Source: an archaeon (GTDB taxonomy: Archaea; Iainarchaeota; Iainarchaeia; Iainarchaeales; CSSED10-239). Taken from it: a DNA stretch of 7,342 bases. Positions within the stretch are counted from its first letter, which is position 1, and the number at the start of each line of letters is the position of its first letter. The stretch is taken from positions 1 to 7,342 of the forward strand of contig DAOOUC010000015.1 of NCBI GenBank assembly GCA_035390665.1, read 5' to 3'. Both the position numbers and the translations under genes were made by a program. Positions 5,238-7,342 of the stretch are shown here, piece by piece. The notes beneath the pieces are model-generated. The model saw only the letters and a list, made by a program, of their open reading frames with translations, had not been told where the DNA came from and did no database searches.

Positions 5238-6224
5238 ATGAGTAATCGAAATAAACCAAGAGCAGGTTCAATGGCATTTTACCCAAGAGTAAGAGCAGAT
5301 AGTATTGTGCCAAAGTTTAATACTTACGGGGATGTCCCAAAAACAATTAAAGGCTGTAAACCTCTTTGCTTTTATGCTATAAAAGCAGGAAGTACCTATG
5401 TTATGGCAAAGAATGCAAAAAAAGGTGCATCAACTTATGGTCAAGAGATTTCAGTACCAGTAACAATTGTTGAAACTCCTGATTTAAAAATCGTAGGTGC
5501 AAGATTCTATAAACACCATTCAGTAAATGCAGGAAAAAAAGCAATCTTTGAGTTTACAAACCAAGATGCTGATTTTAAAAAAAGAGTTACAGGAAACAAA
5601 CAGAAAAAAACTATTTCTTATGAAGATGCATTGAAAAGAAAAGATGAAGCTGATTCTATTGTCTTAATAGCGACAGTTAACTACAAGGCAACAGGAATAG
5701 GCCAAAAGAAACCAGTCATAGTTGAAGTACCATTAACAGGGACTTATGAAGAACAATTAAACTATTTAAAAGAAAAATTAAATAAGACAATTTCAGTTGA
5801 TGAAGTCTTTAAGGTTGATGATTATTTAGATGCTAAAGGAATAACAACAGGTTATGGAACAACAGGTGTTGTTGAGAGATTTAATATAAAAGTTCAAAGA
5901 AGAAAAGCAAATAAATCTCAAAGACATGTTGGTTCAATTAATCCATGGCACCCAGCAACAATTATGTTTAATGTTGCAAGAGCAGGACAATATGGATTCC
6001 ATAATAGAACAGAGTCTAATAAAAGACTATTAATGATTGATTCTGATATTAATAAAGTTAATAGAAAAGGTGGCTTTAAAAACTACGGTTTATTAAAAAA
6101 CAAATATATTTTAGTTGCAGGAACTTTGCCAGGAACAACTAAAAGAGTAATTGTTTTAAGACAAACAATAAGACCACAAAGAACAAAATTAGAAGTTACA
6201 GATATTAATTATATTGCTAAATAA
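5238..6224 (+). CDS. rpl3: Large ribosomal subunit protein uL3 (L3), archaeal type
   Basis: 328 aa. MSNRNKPRAGSMAFYPRVRADS...; later GVVERFNIKVQRRKANKSQRHVGSINPWHPATIMFNVARAGQYGFHNRTESNKRLL is characteristic of archaeal/eukaryotic L3. Confidence 0.97.
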   Translation: MSNRNKPRAGSMAFYPRVRADSIVPKFNTYGDVPKTIKGCKPLCFYAIKAGSTYVMAKNAKKGASTYGQEISVPVTIVETPDLKIVGARFYKHHSVNAGKKAIFEFTNQDADFKKRVTGNKQKKTISYEDALKRKDEADSIVLIATVNYKATGIGQKKPVIVEVPLTGTYEEQLNYLKEKLNKTISVDEVFKVDDYLDAKGITTGYGTTGVVERFNIKVQRRKANKSQRHVGSINPWHPATIMFNVARAGQYGFHNRTESNKRLLMIDSDINKVNRKGGFKNYGLLKNKYILVAGTLPGTTKRVIVLRQTIRPQRTKLEVTDINYIAK

Positions 6225-6245
6225 TTTAAAAGGTATTGATTATCT

Positions 6246-7058
6246 ATGAAAGCAAACATTTATGATTTAGAAGGAAAAGTAATAAAGGAAGTAGAATTAC
6301 CTGAATATTTTAAAGAAGACTATAGACCTGATCTAATTAAAAGAGCAGTAATCTCTAGCCAGTCTAAAGAATATCAAGCAATGGGTGTTTCTCCTTACTC
6401 AAATAGAGGATACACTGCAGAATATAGAGGTAGAAGAAAAGAAAACAAAGCAAATATTACTATTAATACAGGTAAAGCAAGACTTCCAAGAACAAAAAAC
6501 AAAAGAGTATTAATGGCAGGAAGAGTTATGGGTGTAAGTCAAGCAGTTGGCGGCCCAAAGGCACATCCTCCAGTAGTTGCTAAAAACTTAATTAAAAAGA
6601 TAAATAGTAAAGAAAGAACAAAAGCTATAATTTCAGCAGTAGCCGCAACTGCAAACCAAAGACTTGTTTTAGAAAGAGGCCACATATTACCTGAGAAAAT
6701 TACTTTACCAATTATTTTTGATAATAAATTTGAAGGCTTAACAAAGACTTCTCAAATCTTTAATGTTCTTGAGAAATTCGGATTAGACAAAGATGTAATT
6801 AAAGCAAAAGACAAGAAAACAATAAGAGCAGGAAAAGGAAAAATGAGAGGAAGAAAATACAAGAGAAGAAAAAGTATTCTTTTCGTTTTAGCAGACAGTA
6901 AGAATTACAAGGCTTTCGGTAACCTTGAAGGCGCCGATGTTATAACTGCAAAACAATTGTCAATCAAAGAATTAGCTCCAGGAACACATGCTGGAAGATT
7001 AACAATATATAGTCAAGCAGCAGTTGAAGAATTAAAGAAAAGATTTGGAAATCAATAA
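6246..7058 (+). CDS. rpl4: Large ribosomal subunit protein uL4 (L4), archaeal type
   Basis: 270 aa. Contains GRVMGVSQAVGGPKAHPPVV..., KAGRGKMRGRKYKRRKSILFV and ELAPGTHAGRLTIYSQAAVEEL, and lies directly downstream of uL3. Confidence 0.97.
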   Translation: MKANIYDLEGKVIKEVELPEYFKEDYRPDLIKRAVISSQSKEYQAMGVSPYSNRGYTAEYRGRRKENKANITINTGKARLPRTKNKRVLMAGRVMGVSQAVGGPKAHPPVVAKNLIKKINSKERTKAIISAVAATANQRLVLERGHILPEKITLPIIFDNKFEGLTKTSQIFNVLEKFGLDKDVIKAKDKKTIRAGKGKMRGRKYKRRKSILFVLADSKNYKAFGNLEGADVITAKQLSIKELAPGTHAGRLTIYSQAAVEELKKRFGNQ

Positions 7059-7062
7059 AGAA

Positions 7063-7067
7063 TGTGA
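7063..7067 (+). promoter_or_regulatory. Candidate Shine-Dalgarno (GTGAT) for uL23
   Basis: GTGAT is 6 nt upstream of ATG 7074. Confidence 0.5.
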
Positions 7068-7073
7068 TATTTT

Positions 7074-7342
7074 ATGAAAAAATTAGAATTTTACGAAATA
7101 ATTGAATATCCTGTTATTACAGAAAAAACAGTTAACATGATATCAACAACAAATAGAATTTCTTTTGTTGTAAATAAGCTTGCAACAAAAAGCGAAATAA
7201 AAGCAGCTGTTGAAAAATTATATAATGTTAAAGTAAAAACAGTAAATACATTATTTGATAGAAAAAATAAAAAGAAAGCATTTGTAACTTTACAAAAAGG
7301 ATTTAATGCTCAGGATTTAGCTAATAAACTTGGAATAATATA
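7074..7342 (+). CDS. rpl23: Large ribosomal subunit protein uL23 (L23), near complete, truncated at the window edge
   Basis: Manual translation: [89 protein letters not shown], then 'ta'. It is absent from the supplied ORF track. Gene order L3-L4-L23 is conserved. Confidence 0.95.
   Translation, partial: MKKLEFYEIIEYPVITEKTVNMISTTNRISFVVNKLATKSEIKAAVEKLYNVKVKTVNTLFDRKNKKKAFVTLQKGFNAQDLANKLGII

Overview
AT-rich archaeal-type window, probably from a DPANN-like lineage (inference from gene content and style only). The right end is the start of a ribosomal protein operon: uL3 at 5238-6224, uL4 at 6246-7058, and uL23 from 7074, running off the window 1 nt short of its probable stop. The left two-thirds encode cell-surface or secreted proteins on the + strand. 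(1) A 5'-truncated CDS at 1-705 contains a DUF5018-like beta-sandwich and a chitobiase/hexosaminidase C-terminal-like (CHB_HEX_C) domain; the GTG start at 223 in the ORF track is artefactual. (2) A 561-aa protein has an archaeal class III (pilin-like) signal sequence, a GPGPGPGPGG linker and three Cys-rich C..CE..E..C..C modules. (3) A 691-aa secreted protein carries a complete 139-aa Hint (intein/Hedgehog-type autoprocessing) domain near its C-terminus, followed by a 33-aa two-Cys tail. (4) A 97-aa membrane-anchored protein shares an LxxxCxNGG motif with protein 3. Proteins 2-4 are closely spaced and may form a surface-processing cassette. The roughly 340-nt gap before uL3 contains a pyrimidine tract, a TATA-like box and at least four stem-loops, one of them a 16-bp compound hairpin. 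It is a candidate structured leader or small RNA. No tRNA, rRNA, CRISPR array or mobile element was recognised. Domain names are motif recognition by eye and have not been verified by database search.
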